A stretch of DNA of 64,000 nucleotides from a virus (lineage: Duplodnaviria; Caudoviricetes). Under the pieces are notes generated by a model. That model did no database searches, had not been told where the DNA came from, and worked only from the letters and a program-made list of their open reading frames with translations. The stretch spans positions 288,001-352,000 of IMG/VR virus record IMGVR_UViG_3300036987_000310, one strand, 5' to 3'. The translations under genes were made by a program, and so were the position numbers. Within the stretch, counting starts at the first letter, position 1. The number at the start of each line of letters is the position of its first letter. Below, piece after piece: positions 29,001 to 38,462 of this stretch.

Positions 29001-29404
29001 ATGCTTATCACATGGCCAAAATGTGCATGTTTGGGCGTCAGTTAAGTATATACAATTATCCAATTTCTACTCACATTGTTACAGATTCCACGATGTTGAA
29101 ACATTCTCCATTGGTGTCTGAGTTGTTGGAGCTTCAGGCGACATCTGGTGGGAAAAACATAACGATTGTTGAAGCGCCAAAAGTTGCTGGGAAACATGAC
29201 GACATGTCTGACGCTTTTGTTCGTGGGGTCATGTTGGCTGTTGAATATGTGAAGAGTCATCCCGGGGTGTTGGAAACGAGCATGCGACATATTGTTTCTC
29301 CTGTGCAGCAAGCTCCAATGCCAGGGTCATATCATAGATACCACAGCATGCGGAAAAGAATGCACGGGGTTCCAGATCGTTTGCGAGACCCAAGCAGAAG
29401 ATAG
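26081..29404 (+). CDS. terL: Terminase large subunit (intein-containing)
   Basis: Adenine-binding PVQKF, Walker A GRRSGKS, Walker B YVLDE, motif III MISSP, RNase H AGVDFG..RDGTA, KGIFDQW, HDDMSDA. Confidence 0.92.
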   Translation: MPSTEKKQKSELVSVIDSFLDEKQAGKDENKVEFLSIIDFIERFKLLPDGLFPVQKFILKLYYNIPLDDKEKTIKITDRFNVKVLYEFTEVEYLEFLHDQGRCNIKAQDSHVRHELILVLGRRSGKSTLSAIISAYELYKLLRRVCPQAFYGIPVNSEIRVLCIANDKEQASIVYGDMAGYVDNVDYFKSSMTNQTQTFMRFQTDQDRKKYGKNGRSTIAATFKSSIAKGLRGRGIICYVLDEIAFFVDDGKCVKLSSLVRTSDGLRTFDEILDTNNVDRSKTGWTSIRPIEVLQELGHTAVATRVYYGGRQMVRSVVTKSRYNIDPTPQHRLKVMSASGNIEWKYVRDIQVGDYVGINRSARIWPGRYVCCSEVHRAKNVRCTQVARIPEFLDDKLGEFLGVLVGDGTWCSGEDDNLVQVTGGCEQFLPFVQEHFARYFDTFRIHHKPPHEHNTCEVSPWSVTKCSQPFRTFLDSLGYRFDVTKSTKSVPWVIFQSPKSVVAAFLRGLFETDGGCEQGGRTVTLASASEQLMREVQLLLLDFGITASRYSKWNRKYQRTYHYVRLIGYESRKIFAREIGFITPRKQAELAMGVQSGRDASNIIPNQTERLRRILLSVPKATTLSRGNDARTRMIRLCSSSANPKRRSSISYGLARRFVDLGRKLGADMKALAELDHICRTNYYWDKVVSVSDNEADVADLLVPDGHEYVAQGMTNHNSSAEQIYRAINPSIAQFSPKDPKNKHKAVGPSDGRAIMISSPDARDGFFYRHYQLSLSGGPASKNILMIQAPTWEVNPTLDKSYYEVEFSKDPKSFTTEHGAEFSDRVRGWIEDSNDLLECVNPELKPIIRGGPRELFWAGVDFGIVRDGTAIALVHFVNGKIELAYHEVWYAGKNWNESNPHLTVPLTEYARTLKSVSRLDMSEISEWFRVLSTRFYIEKGIFDQWAGPIFEQELHKRGLKQFEMKNFSVSDSSHAYHMAKMCMFGRQLSIYNYPISTHIVTDSTMLKHSPLVSELLELQATSGGKNITIVEAPKVAGKHDDMSDAFVRGVMLAVEYVKSHPGVLETSMRHIVSPVQQAPMPGSYHRYHSMRKRMHGVPDRLRDPSRR
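26837..28234 (+). mobile_element. Intein with LAGLIDADG homing endonuclease (466 aa, TerL residues 253-718)
   Basis: N-terminal C1 (CVKLSSLV), block B TPQH, LAGLIDADG motifs LGVLVGDG and LRGLFETDG, block F VADLLV, terminal HN followed by Ser+1. Confidence 0.95.
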
Positions 29405-29428
29405 CCCTGTTATCGAGGCAGTGTTTCC

Positions 29429-29695
29429 GTGAGTGTTGGAATCAAAGACACGACTGCGTGGCGCGTCATCGAACAGATCCTCAAACATGTTTGGGGGCCC
29501 GGGGAGGAAATGAACGATGACGAAGCTTATGCAGTTTGCAAAATGTTTTGGAGATCCGGAGGATCTTGGAAACAACTTGTTGAAGGAGATCCCGAACACG
29601 TAAGCATTCTTGAAGAGTGCATAAACAATGTGATCAGTGCCAGGAAGCTCAAAAAGATAGCTTTAAAGATCGCAAAGACGTTGGGTAACGTTTAA
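29429..29695 (+). CDS. Hypothetical protein
   Basis: GAGG SD, GTG start, between terL and portal. Confidence 0.6.
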   Translation: MSVGIKDTTAWRVIEQILKHVWGPGEEMNDDEAYAVCKMFWRSGGSWKQLVEGDPEHVSILEECINNVISARKLKKIALKIAKTLGNV

Positions 29696-29696
29696 C

Positions 29697-30044
29697 ATGC
29701 CAAGCGACGCCATCAAAGAAGCTCCGGAGTCTGCAAAATATGACGAAGAAGCCTTGAAACGTGTTTTTGCCGCATACTCAGAAGTAATTGGAAAAATAGC
29801 AGAGGCGTCGGCGTCTTTGAAACAAGCGTCGGAAAAAATCGTGGCTGTCAATAAAGCGATTCAAGCCGCGGACCACTTGGGGGGTTTAAACTTGACGCGA
29901 AAGCTTCGCATAAAGATTGTTTTGGGAGTCGTTTTTCCAGCCCATCAGCACCTGGATCGCTTGCTAGCTAGAATGAAAGCGTGCGCGTCCTCAAAGGACG
30001 ACATCCTGTCTGAAGTCGATCGTCCTAGACCGGCATTTGAGTGA
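29697..30044 (+). CDS. Hypothetical helical protein
   Basis: Tight packing with neighbours. Confidence 0.6.
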   Translation: MPSDAIKEAPESAKYDEEALKRVFAAYSEVIGKIAEASASLKQASEKIVAVNKAIQAADHLGGLNLTRKLRIKIVLGVVFPAHQHLDRLLARMKACASSKDDILSEVDRPRPAFE

Positions 30045-30052
30045 GCTAGACC

Positions 30053-31843
30053 ATGGCAAGTAAGAAAGTTGGAGTAAAACCAGGTCAGATTAGCGGAAAG
30101 ATCACGCGCGTGGACAAGCAGAACGCTGTCCGTACGCCTCTTACCAAACTGGAAAAGCAAGCCCGTCGCGAAGCAAAAAGTCAGTCCATCAGAGTTGCTG
30201 CATACTATGGGGACATGGGCAATGCCGGGTCCATGGCAATATCTGAGGCAAATCAGAATTTCTACAGTCCTCAGCTTTCCACTGACTTTCTTGAACTTCC
30301 TCAGTCAGAAAGAGAAAAGCGAGAACTTCTTAGATTTTGGTATTCGACTCATCCCATCATTGGAGCGGCCATCGACTTCCACACCGATGTTCCGATGTCC
30401 AAGATACGTTTGGCAGCCCCTAAAGGTAAGGACACGACTAGGAATAAACAAATTCTGCACTTCTATGAAAAAATGTGCAGAAGGCTGCGTCTTTTCCAAA
30501 CCCTATACGATGTGACGCATGAGTATTGGCTTCATGGGAATGTGTTTATTTTTTGCGAGGACCACGATCTTTCCGGAGAGGTTCCGGAAAGCTTAACATC
30601 GGACATAGAGATAAGTTTTGACTCAAACGAAGAATCTGACCAGGAAAATCAGGAAGAGAAGCGTGAAGGCCTCCTCAAGAAAATAAGGGAGGAAAGGTCA
30701 ATATCTATACAAAAGTTTGTGGAAAAAGACTACGACGGGTGGCAACGTCTTCAAATCCTTCCGCCCGAGCAGGTGAAGCTGGAAATATTCCAGTATACAA
30801 ATCGTGTTCAAATGGAGCTAATACCCAGTGAAAAAGACAGACTCGCTGTGTTGAAAGCTCAAGAACAAAACGACCCTGATTCGCAGAAAATTGCTGAAGG
30901 TATCCCAGAGCAAATTAGGGAAAACTTGTTGAGCGGCCAACCCATTCCACTAAACACGACTCCATATGATGATTTTCTCTGTTCGTCATTTTGTTATCAC
31001 TTGTCTCATAAGAGAAGCCCATACGACGACAGAGGCGTTTCCATACTGGAGAGGTGTCTTCGCACGCTTCTGTATCAAGACAAGTTGCGACAGGCTCAAA
31101 CGTCCATTGCTTCCAGGGCCATGACCCCAAAGCGCATAATCTGGGGCGACAAAATGTCCCAGCCGGACGTTGACGATCTGAGAGATCAAATAGACCAGGC
31201 TCTAATAGACCCTGATTTCACAATCATTACGAACTTTGAGGTTCACTGGGACGAAGTAGGAGCCCGCGACAGGCTTCTTGACCTAGGGACCGAGTATGAA
31301 ATAACGAACAAACTGTTATTCATCGGGCTCCGCATAACCGAGTCTATGTTGACTGGAGAGTCCACATACTCGGGAGAGCGGATTCACCTGGACGTCATGA
31401 ACACGATGTATTTGCTATATCGTGAAACATTGGCGGATTTCGTTGAGCAGTATTTGTTTGCTCCCGTCGCGGAAAAGAAGGGGTTCTGGGAGGAGGACGA
31501 ATATGGAAACAAAAATCTTCTTTTCCCTAGGCTTCAATTCACTCGGTTGGCTCTTCGAGACAATACAGAGATGCAAGACTTTATGTTCAACTTATATCAG
31601 AAGGGGTCGATGCCCATCGACTACATTTATGACCTGTTGAACATCGATTCTGAGGATGCTCACCTCCTTCTCGATCGAGACATGTTCACTGCTAAGGATT
31701 CAACCTTCAACGAAATCACCAGAGCTCTGTACTCTCGCATCGGGGAAAATATGGCTGATAAAACAGACGCTATGGAGAGGGTTGCAAAAAACATGGGGCT
31801 TAACGTGACAGATGAAGATGGGGACCGTTTCGGAAAAGAATGA
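30053..31843 (+). CDS. Portal protein
   Basis: WYSTHPIIGAAIDFH, EYWLHGNVF, RGVSILERCL..L..QDKLRQAQ; about 600 aa, downstream of terL. Confidence 0.8.
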   Translation: MASKKVGVKPGQISGKITRVDKQNAVRTPLTKLEKQARREAKSQSIRVAAYYGDMGNAGSMAISEANQNFYSPQLSTDFLELPQSEREKRELLRFWYSTHPIIGAAIDFHTDVPMSKIRLAAPKGKDTTRNKQILHFYEKMCRRLRLFQTLYDVTHEYWLHGNVFIFCEDHDLSGEVPESLTSDIEISFDSNEESDQENQEEKREGLLKKIREERSISIQKFVEKDYDGWQRLQILPPEQVKLEIFQYTNRVQMELIPSEKDRLAVLKAQEQNDPDSQKIAEGIPEQIRENLLSGQPIPLNTTPYDDFLCSSFCYHLSHKRSPYDDRGVSILERCLRTLLYQDKLRQAQTSIASRAMTPKRIIWGDKMSQPDVDDLRDQIDQALIDPDFTIITNFEVHWDEVGARDRLLDLGTEYEITNKLLFIGLRITESMLTGESTYSGERIHLDVMNTMYLLYRETLADFVEQYLFAPVAEKKGFWEEDEYGNKNLLFPRLQFTRLALRDNTEMQDFMFNLYQKGSMPIDYIYDLLNIDSEDAHLLLDRDMFTAKDSTFNEITRALYSRIGENMADKTDAMERVAKNMGLNVTDEDGDRFGKE

Positions 31844-31871
31844 ACTTTCCTAGATAGGCTTTGAATGCACC

Positions 31872-34499
31872 ATGTCCATATTCATGGACATCTACGAGTC
31901 ATTCATATCAACTTTCTCTTCTGTTCATACTGGGAAAGACCAGTATGAACATGAAGAGGCTGACGTTGAAGAGCATATGACGGGACATAGGGACAGGCCC
32001 CACAGTCGCGATAACGCTGGGGTTGGGCTTCCTGCTACGTGGAACCGTAGAAAGCGCATACGCCAGAACGATTCGGACTCCCCCATGCCGGTGGAAGACG
32101 ACAAAGATTTGTCTTTAAACTACAAAAGTTCTGCCGGAAAGAAAAAATCCGACAAACAAAGGAAAAACCCCGGGGGGTCCAACGCTTCATCTAGAGTTTC
32201 AAATCTTGAGAAACGGTTGGGAAAAATAAGCCCGAAATTCTCTGAAGCTTTTCAGAAAATTGATGCCGAAAAGCTATACTCTTTAGCCAAGTCTGATCCG
32301 TCGAAGTGTTTGTTCATATTAAACGAGAATGAGAAAAGCATAAACGAGGCAGCTTCCAGATATCATGAGCTCTTTTCTACTGGAAAAAATCTTCCCGATG
32401 TCATATCAGAAGCTTGGGGGAAAGCTAACAACGTCTATATTCGAGCTGGAATGGTTGAAGCTTTGCGCAAAGCAGCCATGGGGGTAAAACTTCCAGACTC
32501 GATCAAAGTTCCCATAATGAACTCTAGAGGAAGTAGGATCGGGGACTTATCTTCGATAAAAGCGATACTGAAACCGAGAGAAAAGGTGTCGAAACTTCCC
32601 CAGGCTGATGTGGAGAAGCTGGTTTCTTTGGCGACGGCGTATAAATCTTTGTCGTTCAATCCGACGAGCATATCCCCAAATCAGGTTAAAGATGAGAAGT
32701 CATACAAAATAATTTTGAAACAGGTACAAGCGCTGTCGGATTTGGCGGCGATCACTTCTGCTTGGCACGGGGTTCTTTCCCAGTTCAAATCGGATGAATC
32801 CGGAAACATAGACATAAGCGAGGGAAACTGGGATGCCGTGCTTGGGAAGATAGACAGTTTTCTTCACAGATCTTCAACCCCATTGGTGGATTCAGACAAA
32901 TATTTCAGCGAGATAGCTGAACAGATGAGAGAAAAATACGGGAACATTCCACCAGAGATGGAAGCCGTTCTGGAAGGATATGGAGCGAAGATTGGGAAGA
33001 AAAACTCTGACCAACCAGGTCGCTCGGATGAATATGAGGGAGAAGAATTCTCTGATAAGCAAAAGGAGAAAAGCCACTGGGACAAGGCTGTTGAAGAGGC
33101 GGAAAAAGATTTCTCCGACAAGAAACCCTCATGGTTGACTCGAGCTTATGAAGACGAGGTTGTGGAGGGAGCGAGAAAGGAACTCTCTGATAAGCAAAAA
33201 GAGAGGGAACGTCGAAAAGAAGAACAGGCCAAAAAATCTAAGAAGAACTCTCCTGTAAAACAGAACGAACACCAGACAGGTCAGCATGACAAGAATGTGG
33301 GGGAGGCGAGAAAAGGCCCCGGTGGTGAAGAAAAGCCAGATAATCGAGCAGAGGATAATGCTCTTGTGGCCGCTGGGGGTGATTCCGACCAGGGTGCGAC
33401 CGAGTTTCCGTCAGCAGCTTCTAATAAAACAGTTTGTCGCAGAATGATAAATAAGTCAGCAACCTACCATGGCGTGGTTTGTCAGGGCCACCCGACAGAT
33501 CCGGCAGGGTCTTCTCCGAAAACTTATGACAAAAGGTACTTCGGGAAGAAGCATTATGACTCGATCCTAGCCTGCGCTAAAGATTTTCTGAAACAAGATT
33601 GGCTGAAGTATGGATGGGGAGAAACTCCCGGGGATGTCCCGACAAGAGCAGCTCTCGATTTGGCCATACACACGGCCGATGATGGGTTATATCAGTCAAA
33701 AATCGACTCCATGACTTACAACATGTTGTTGAACAAATTGGCTGGTTGGGACTTTGATGTCTTTAACGAAACGCTTTTCGCCAAATCGGAAACTAGAAAG
33801 GCTTCAGTCATGGTCAGGAACTCTTCAGCCCAAGAAATTTTGAAGATTGCAGACAGTCTGCGATCCGCCCATCCTGATTTGTCGATTCAGATCATCAAAA
33901 ATGTTCATGCGATCATGCGGGCTGCGGCAGAGTCTCAAGACCAAGGTCAGGCCTTTAGGCAAAGAGAAGAAAAGGATTTGGAATCCAAACTTACTTCTGT
34001 GCTTGAAGAGTTTGGAATGCCGAAGGGTCCGGAGCTGAGCCGTCTTATTAATGACGTTCTTGCTGAGATCGATAAGATTGATAAGCCAAAATCTGGAGAA
34101 AAGGTTTCTTCGGTTTCAAGGGCAAGAGTTTTCCAGGCCTTTATTCGAGTGGCTTTTGAAAAGCCAGAGTACAGGAAGCATGTTCCTGTTGTTCTGGCTG
34201 CCATTAAGAAGGATAAGTCCAAGGCCGACAAAGCCAAGGCCGACAAAGCCAAGGCCGACAAAGCCAAGGCCGACAAAGCCAAGGCCGACAAAGCCAAGGC
34301 CGACAAAGCCAAGTCTGAAAAAGCTAAGGCCGACAAAGCTAAGGTCGACAAAGCTAAGGCCGACAAAGCTAAGTCTGAAAAGCCTTCGGCTAAAGAGAAG
34401 AAGTCCGATAAGTCCGATAAGTCCGACAAGTCCAAGAAGACCACCTCCAAAAAGAGGAAGGCCGGGGTCGTTTTGGCATCAAGCGACATTAACTGGTAA
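31872..34499 (+). CDS. Large head-region protein with KADKA repeat tail
   Basis: 875 aa ORF after portal with charged low-complexity blocks. Confidence 0.75.
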   Translation: MSIFMDIYESFISTFSSVHTGKDQYEHEEADVEEHMTGHRDRPHSRDNAGVGLPATWNRRKRIRQNDSDSPMPVEDDKDLSLNYKSSAGKKKSDKQRKNPGGSNASSRVSNLEKRLGKISPKFSEAFQKIDAEKLYSLAKSDPSKCLFILNENEKSINEAASRYHELFSTGKNLPDVISEAWGKANNVYIRAGMVEALRKAAMGVKLPDSIKVPIMNSRGSRIGDLSSIKAILKPREKVSKLPQADVEKLVSLATAYKSLSFNPTSISPNQVKDEKSYKIILKQVQALSDLAAITSAWHGVLSQFKSDESGNIDISEGNWDAVLGKIDSFLHRSSTPLVDSDKYFSEIAEQMREKYGNIPPEMEAVLEGYGAKIGKKNSDQPGRSDEYEGEEFSDKQKEKSHWDKAVEEAEKDFSDKKPSWLTRAYEDEVVEGARKELSDKQKERERRKEEQAKKSKKNSPVKQNEHQTGQHDKNVGEARKGPGGEEKPDNRAEDNALVAAGGDSDQGATEFPSAASNKTVCRRMINKSATYHGVVCQGHPTDPAGSSPKTYDKRYFGKKHYDSILACAKDFLKQDWLKYGWGETPGDVPTRAALDLAIHTADDGLYQSKIDSMTYNMLLNKLAGWDFDVFNETLFAKSETRKASVMVRNSSAQEILKIADSLRSAHPDLSIQIIKNVHAIMRAAAESQDQGQAFRQREEKDLESKLTSVLEEFGMPKGPELSRLINDVLAEIDKIDKPKSGEKVSSVSRARVFQAFIRVAFEKPEYRKHVPVVLAAIKKDKSKADKAKADKAKADKAKADKAKADKAKADKAKSEKAKADKAKVDKAKADKAKSEKPSAKEKKSDKSDKSDKSKKTTSKKRKAGVVLASSDINW
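34221..34382 (+). repeat. 15-bp coding tandem repeat (AAGGCCGACAAAGCC x6 exact, then variants)
   Basis: Read directly from the sequence; encodes KADKA. Confidence 0.95.
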
Positions 34500-34511
34500 T
34501 ACGTCTTCTAT

Positions 34512-35036
34512 GTGAAGAAAAAGGAAGACTTGGAGACAATCATGGAAAAGCGCCTCGCCAACAGGATCCTGACGAATCTCGAACACACTGCTACTGAACT
34601 GGAAAACCTTGCTAAAGCTGGGCACATTGATGCCCGTTTGGCTTCTGATCTTGTTGCAAAGATCGATGGGTTTTCGGATCAGTTCGAAATCGCAACGTTC
34701 GGCCCGGACTCGTTCAAGGCTCGTCAAGCAAGAGTGCTTCAGTCCGACAAGGATGAGCCTTACATGTCCACTTTCGACAATCCCAATAAGGTGATTCAGT
34801 CCGATAAGGATGAGCCCTACATGCACACGGCTCCTGCTGGTTTCAATGCGAAGGCTATTGGAACGTTTGATGTCGACGCGTCGTCCACTGTCACGGATCG
34901 GGACGAGTATAACGTTCGGGACCTGAACCCCCATGCTGGCGGAACAAAAAAGCAGCCGTCTTGGAATGGCGGACCTGCTGGAAAAAGCACCCGCCAGGGT
35001 TCGTACGATAAGCCGGTAAAAACCTGGGCCCCCTGA
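34512..35036 (+). CDS. Hypothetical protein with duplicated QSDKDEPYM motif
   Basis: Likely start is the ATG at 34542 after GGAG. Confidence 0.75.
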   Translation: MKKKEDLETIMEKRLANRILTNLEHTATELENLAKAGHIDARLASDLVAKIDGFSDQFEIATFGPDSFKARQARVLQSDKDEPYMSTFDNPNKVIQSDKDEPYMHTAPAGFNAKAIGTFDVDASSTVTDRDEYNVRDLNPHAGGTKKQPSWNGGPAGKSTRQGSYDKPVKTWAP

Positions 35037-35076
35037 GTCAATCCGGTTCTCGGATCAATCGATACAGGAGGATCAG

Positions 35077-35763
35077 ATGCGGCCGGTAATGGCGTTTGTT
35101 GACGAAAGGGCGCTGGCAAGAAATTTCAAGACCGGGGACGTGGTTCAAAAGGCCAGTCTTCGCGAAATGCTGCCTGCGCCATACTACGGCCGTGTTCTGT
35201 TTGCGAATGTCGAAACTGGCGTTGTCGTGGTCCAGTGGCCGTGGGGTGCTGAACAAGAATACCCGTCCACGTTGAATCCCGTTTTGGCTCAGGATGTGAA
35301 AAGCATTCTCGACTTGAATCAATGGTATTCAAACTGGGACGCCGCCAGACATGGAATATATGGGGACGAGCCGGACCCCGGGTATTCTGCAATGTCTGCA
35401 AAAGTAGCTGCTGCTTATGAGCGAAAAACGCTTTCTCTGTGGCGAAATGCGTGCAAGCTCATGCATTACGGATTCGATGAACTTGGAGCTTTTAAACAAT
35501 TGAGTTCTGAGTTTGGAGAAGAATTTGGGACTGACTCTGTGCGCAGAACCGTCGCCAATTTGTATGAAACATCGAGGCGCCTTGCCGTATACTGGCACGA
35601 TTCAAACCGCAGATATCGCGTCACTCGAAAAGAAAGAGATTCTGGTGTTTACACCTGTCCCAGGTGCAAATCAATCCTGAAACCAAGAACTTTTCGTCAA
35701 AATCAAAAAGTAATGGCATGTCGTTCGTGTGGTTTCACGATACACCCTCGAGATCTCGTATAG
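35077..35763 (+). CDS. Hypothetical protein with C-terminal Zn ribbon
   Basis: GGAGG SD; CPRC..CRSC. Confidence 0.75.
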   Translation: MRPVMAFVDERALARNFKTGDVVQKASLREMLPAPYYGRVLFANVETGVVVVQWPWGAEQEYPSTLNPVLAQDVKSILDLNQWYSNWDAARHGIYGDEPDPGYSAMSAKVAAAYERKTLSLWRNACKLMHYGFDELGAFKQLSSEFGEEFGTDSVRRTVANLYETSRRLAVYWHDSNRRYRVTRKERDSGVYTCPRCKSILKPRTFRQNQKVMACRSCGFTIHPRDLV

Positions 35764-35797
35764 GCTTAGTGGAACACTCGCCTGGTGGGGTTCGATC

Positions 35798-36070
35798 ATG
35801 GACTCTGCCAAACCAACACGCTACATAGTTTACTGCCATACCCATATTGAGTCTGTACGCCGGTATACCGGGCTGACTAGGCGCACGATGGATAAGCGTT
35901 GATCTCAGCATGTGTGTCAGTCACGATATGCAAAGAATAAAAACGCACGTTCTTTTGTTGACGCGTATGTTCGATCAAACGGAGAAAGAATTTTCAAGGT
36001 TTGTGTTAGGGAAAGAGATAAACGTAGAAGGGAATTGAGTACTTGTCAGCAAGTAATAGCCTTGTTTTAG
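35798..36070 (+). pseudogene. GIY-YIG homing endonuclease remnant with in-frame TGA
   Basis: MDSAKPTRYIVYCHTHIESVRRYTGLTRRTMDKR*SQH; the stop at 35900-35902 falls at the Trp of the conserved R-W-x-x-H. Confidence 0.6.
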
Positions 36071-36696
36071 ACCATCATGACATGCTCAAACAAATGAACG
36101 CGTTATACCGAATTGCGTCAGAACTCGAAGCTATCGATCCACTGATTGCCTACGAATTCGATCAACATTTGCGAAGCCTCGTTTCAACAGATCGAAGTTT
36201 CATTCTTGAGCTGCTTCCTAGAGAGAAGAACCTGTCAAATCAACTTGACAGAGTTGAACTTGTTGAAAACAGGTCCGGAGGATGGGACTGGATACATACG
36301 AATGTTGACGGGCAGGGAACGCGCGATAAAACCGGGTGGCGCCTCCAGCCGAGTGAAATTTTGAAAATGATTGATTCGTCTGTCGAGCCCGGCCCCATGA
36401 CAGACGAAGTCAAAGCCCTTCTTGAGCAAGAAATGTCTGGTGGGAACCCTGGAGTTCCGCGTGGGTCCGAAATGATCGGGGAACCGACGGCTCTTCCTGA
36501 CGTCGACATGACTGAGACTCCTAGCGCCGTTGAAGAAAACTCTCATCCCTGGGATAGGGGATTCTCACTTTCAGATCATGGCCTAGCCTCTCAAAAGCTT
36601 GTCAAAAAAGCCATACACGTTGCGTATTCTCGCCCTGACCTCCGTTCTTCTATTCTTCCAATATTGCGAAAAATAATCAAGCACAACTCTCACTGA
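36043..36696 (+). CDS. Hypothetical protein (head region)
   Basis: ORF immediately upstream of the protease; start uncertain. Confidence 0.7.
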   Translation: MSASNSLVLDHHDMLKQMNALYRIASELEAIDPLIAYEFDQHLRSLVSTDRSFILELLPREKNLSNQLDRVELVENRSGGWDWIHTNVDGQGTRDKTGWRLQPSEILKMIDSSVEPGPMTDEVKALLEQEMSGGNPGVPRGSEMIGEPTALPDVDMTETPSAVEENSHPWDRGFSLSDHGLASQKLVKKAIHVAYSRPDLRSSILPILRKIIKHNSH

Positions 36697-36722
36697 TAGA
36701 CTTACTATTGGTTTGATTTGGC

Positions 36723-38420
36723 ATGGCTTTCCGAAGGTACGCTCATGCTATAACCACTGCCAAGGATGTGGCCTTTGACCAGTGGATGGAAGAGATTCGT
36801 TCCCAAAATGAGGGAATAGCTTCCAAAAATCACATGAATCGTGTCGCAAACACGATTCTTCGTAAAGCAGACCCTAAACAATATCTTTTAAGCCATGCAA
36901 CCATAGTCGCATCAGTTGACGTGTATTCCCCAAAGGGAGTTAGAACTGGGAAGGCGACAAATCGTGGTGTTCAAATTGATGTTCGGTATCCGGATTTCAG
37001 GATAAAGCCGGACGGACACGACATAGTTAACAATAACGGGGATGCGTGGGAACGATCGTTGCTTCTATCTACGTACCGAAGCTTCATCGGAGCGCCGAAT
37101 TACCTTGAGCACATTCAGCTCCCTCAGTTGTCAAAGGGCTTCATTATTGACGCTATTTCGAGAGATCTTGGGAACACCTGTTACATAGATATTCTTGTTG
37201 GAACAGACAGGAAGCATGGAAAGCTGGTAGCTGACATCCTTTCAGGTGAAATGTCAGCACTGAGCATGGGATGCATATCTTTGTTTACAATATGCACCAA
37301 ATGTGGAAATATTGCAGCAGACGACGCTCAACTTTGTCCATGTGTTCAATATGAAGGAAAGGGAACCCCATATGCTGATGAGGATGGTGTACAGCATCCA
37401 ATATCCGAGCTAATTGGACACGTCAGTGTCCCAAATTCAAATCAGTTTATTGAAGCTTCTTGGGTGAAAAACCCTGCTTTTCGTGGAGCTGTCAGGAGAA
37501 ATTTCCTGAACGCTGACACTGTTGCTGTTGCTTCAAAGCTTGGAGAGGCCGCCAAAATTTATGAACTTCGTCGGAATGAAATTCATTTTGATGATGCAAA
37601 ACGAGCAGCCTCGGTGAGGAAAGCTCAGGGGCAAGACCTTGGACAGGGGCAGAGTTCTGGGCAGTCTTCAGTTGACGGACAAGGACAAGACACTGGACAG
37701 GGGGATTTTGGACAAGGACAAGACACTGGACAGGGGGACCTTGGACAGGGGGACCTTGGACAGGGGGACCTTGGACAGGGAGATTCTGGACAAGGAGATT
37801 TTGACTTTGGCGGTGGCGGAGCGAGCGGTGGCGGAGCGAGCGGTGGCGGAGAATCGTCTGATTCCGGACAAGGCCAAGGTTCAGGTCAAGGTTTAGGCCA
37901 AGGCGGAATGGATGAGATGGTTGAAAAAGCACAGAGTCTTCTTTTGCAAAATTTGGTTAGAAATCTCGAAGAAAGACTGCAGCCGAAGCCAGAAGATGTT
38001 AAAGCTGTTGCACCGACCAACTCAATTGATTGGGAAAGCTCCGGTGGAAACGATAATATAGTGAGATCGTCTCAAGAATTTTCAAGACGACTACGTAGAA
38101 TTTTCACAAGTAAAAAATTGATAAAATGGGCTGAAAAAGCTTACAAAACGGTTCATGTTGGTGGAGTTGGCAGCATTCGATCAAACAACATGACTTCTCG
38201 AGATTTGATAGTCCTTTCATGGATTGAAGATTGTGTGAATGGACGCAAATACTCATCAAATCTTTACAAGATAGCCATGAATGTTGGCGCGTCCTCCGCT
38301 TATCCGAGTTCTAAATCGTTTGTTGCTGCTTGCAGCATGCGTCTCGGACGAGCTCCGACTACTGAAGAGAACAGATTCTTCACCTGGAAGGGCAGAATCG
38401 CCTCTCTGGCTGAGTTTTAA
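36723..38420 (+). CDS. Prohead maturation protease (HK97/assemblin-like) with G/Q-rich linker
   Basis: NNNGDAW, YLEH (His), ALSMGC (Ser) followed by CTKC; position between portal and scaffold/MCP. Confidence 0.7.
   Translation: MAFRRYAHAITTAKDVAFDQWMEEIRSQNEGIASKNHMNRVANTILRKADPKQYLLSHATIVASVDVYSPKGVRTGKATNRGVQIDVRYPDFRIKPDGHDIVNNNGDAWERSLLLSTYRSFIGAPNYLEHIQLPQLSKGFIIDAISRDLGNTCYIDILVGTDRKHGKLVADILSGEMSALSMGCISLFTICTKCGNIAADDAQLCPCVQYEGKGTPYADEDGVQHPISELIGHVSVPNSNQFIEASWVKNPAFRGAVRRNFLNADTVAVASKLGEAAKIYELRRNEIHFDDAKRAASVRKAQGQDLGQGQSSGQSSVDGQGQDTGQGDFGQGQDTGQGDLGQGDLGQGDLGQGDSGQGDFDFGGGGASGGGASGGGESSDSGQGQGSGQGLGQGGMDEMVEKAQSLLLQNLVRNLEERLQPKPEDVKAVAPTNSIDWESSGGNDNIVRSSQEFSRRLRRIFTSKKLIKWAEKAYKTVHVGGVGSIRSNNMTSRDLIVLSWIEDCVNGRKYSSNLYKIAMNVGASSAYPSSKSFVAACSMRLGRAPTTEENRFFTWKGRIASLAEF
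37631..37800 (+). repeat. GQGD(L/F) coding repeats
   Basis: GGACAGGGGGACCTT x3 plus variants. Confidence 0.85.
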
Positions 38421-38462
38421 AACATTGATGAGAAGAGTTTCCGATAGGAGGCATTTCAGGCC

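Noticed and set aside
35765-35800. tRNA-like GGTTCGA sequence
   Set aside because: No T stem, acceptor stem or D arm can be formed.
35900-35902. TGA=Trp recoding suggested by the GIY-YIG relic
   Set aside because: Many genes end in TGA with ATGA/GTGA coupling, and TGG is used for Trp throughout.
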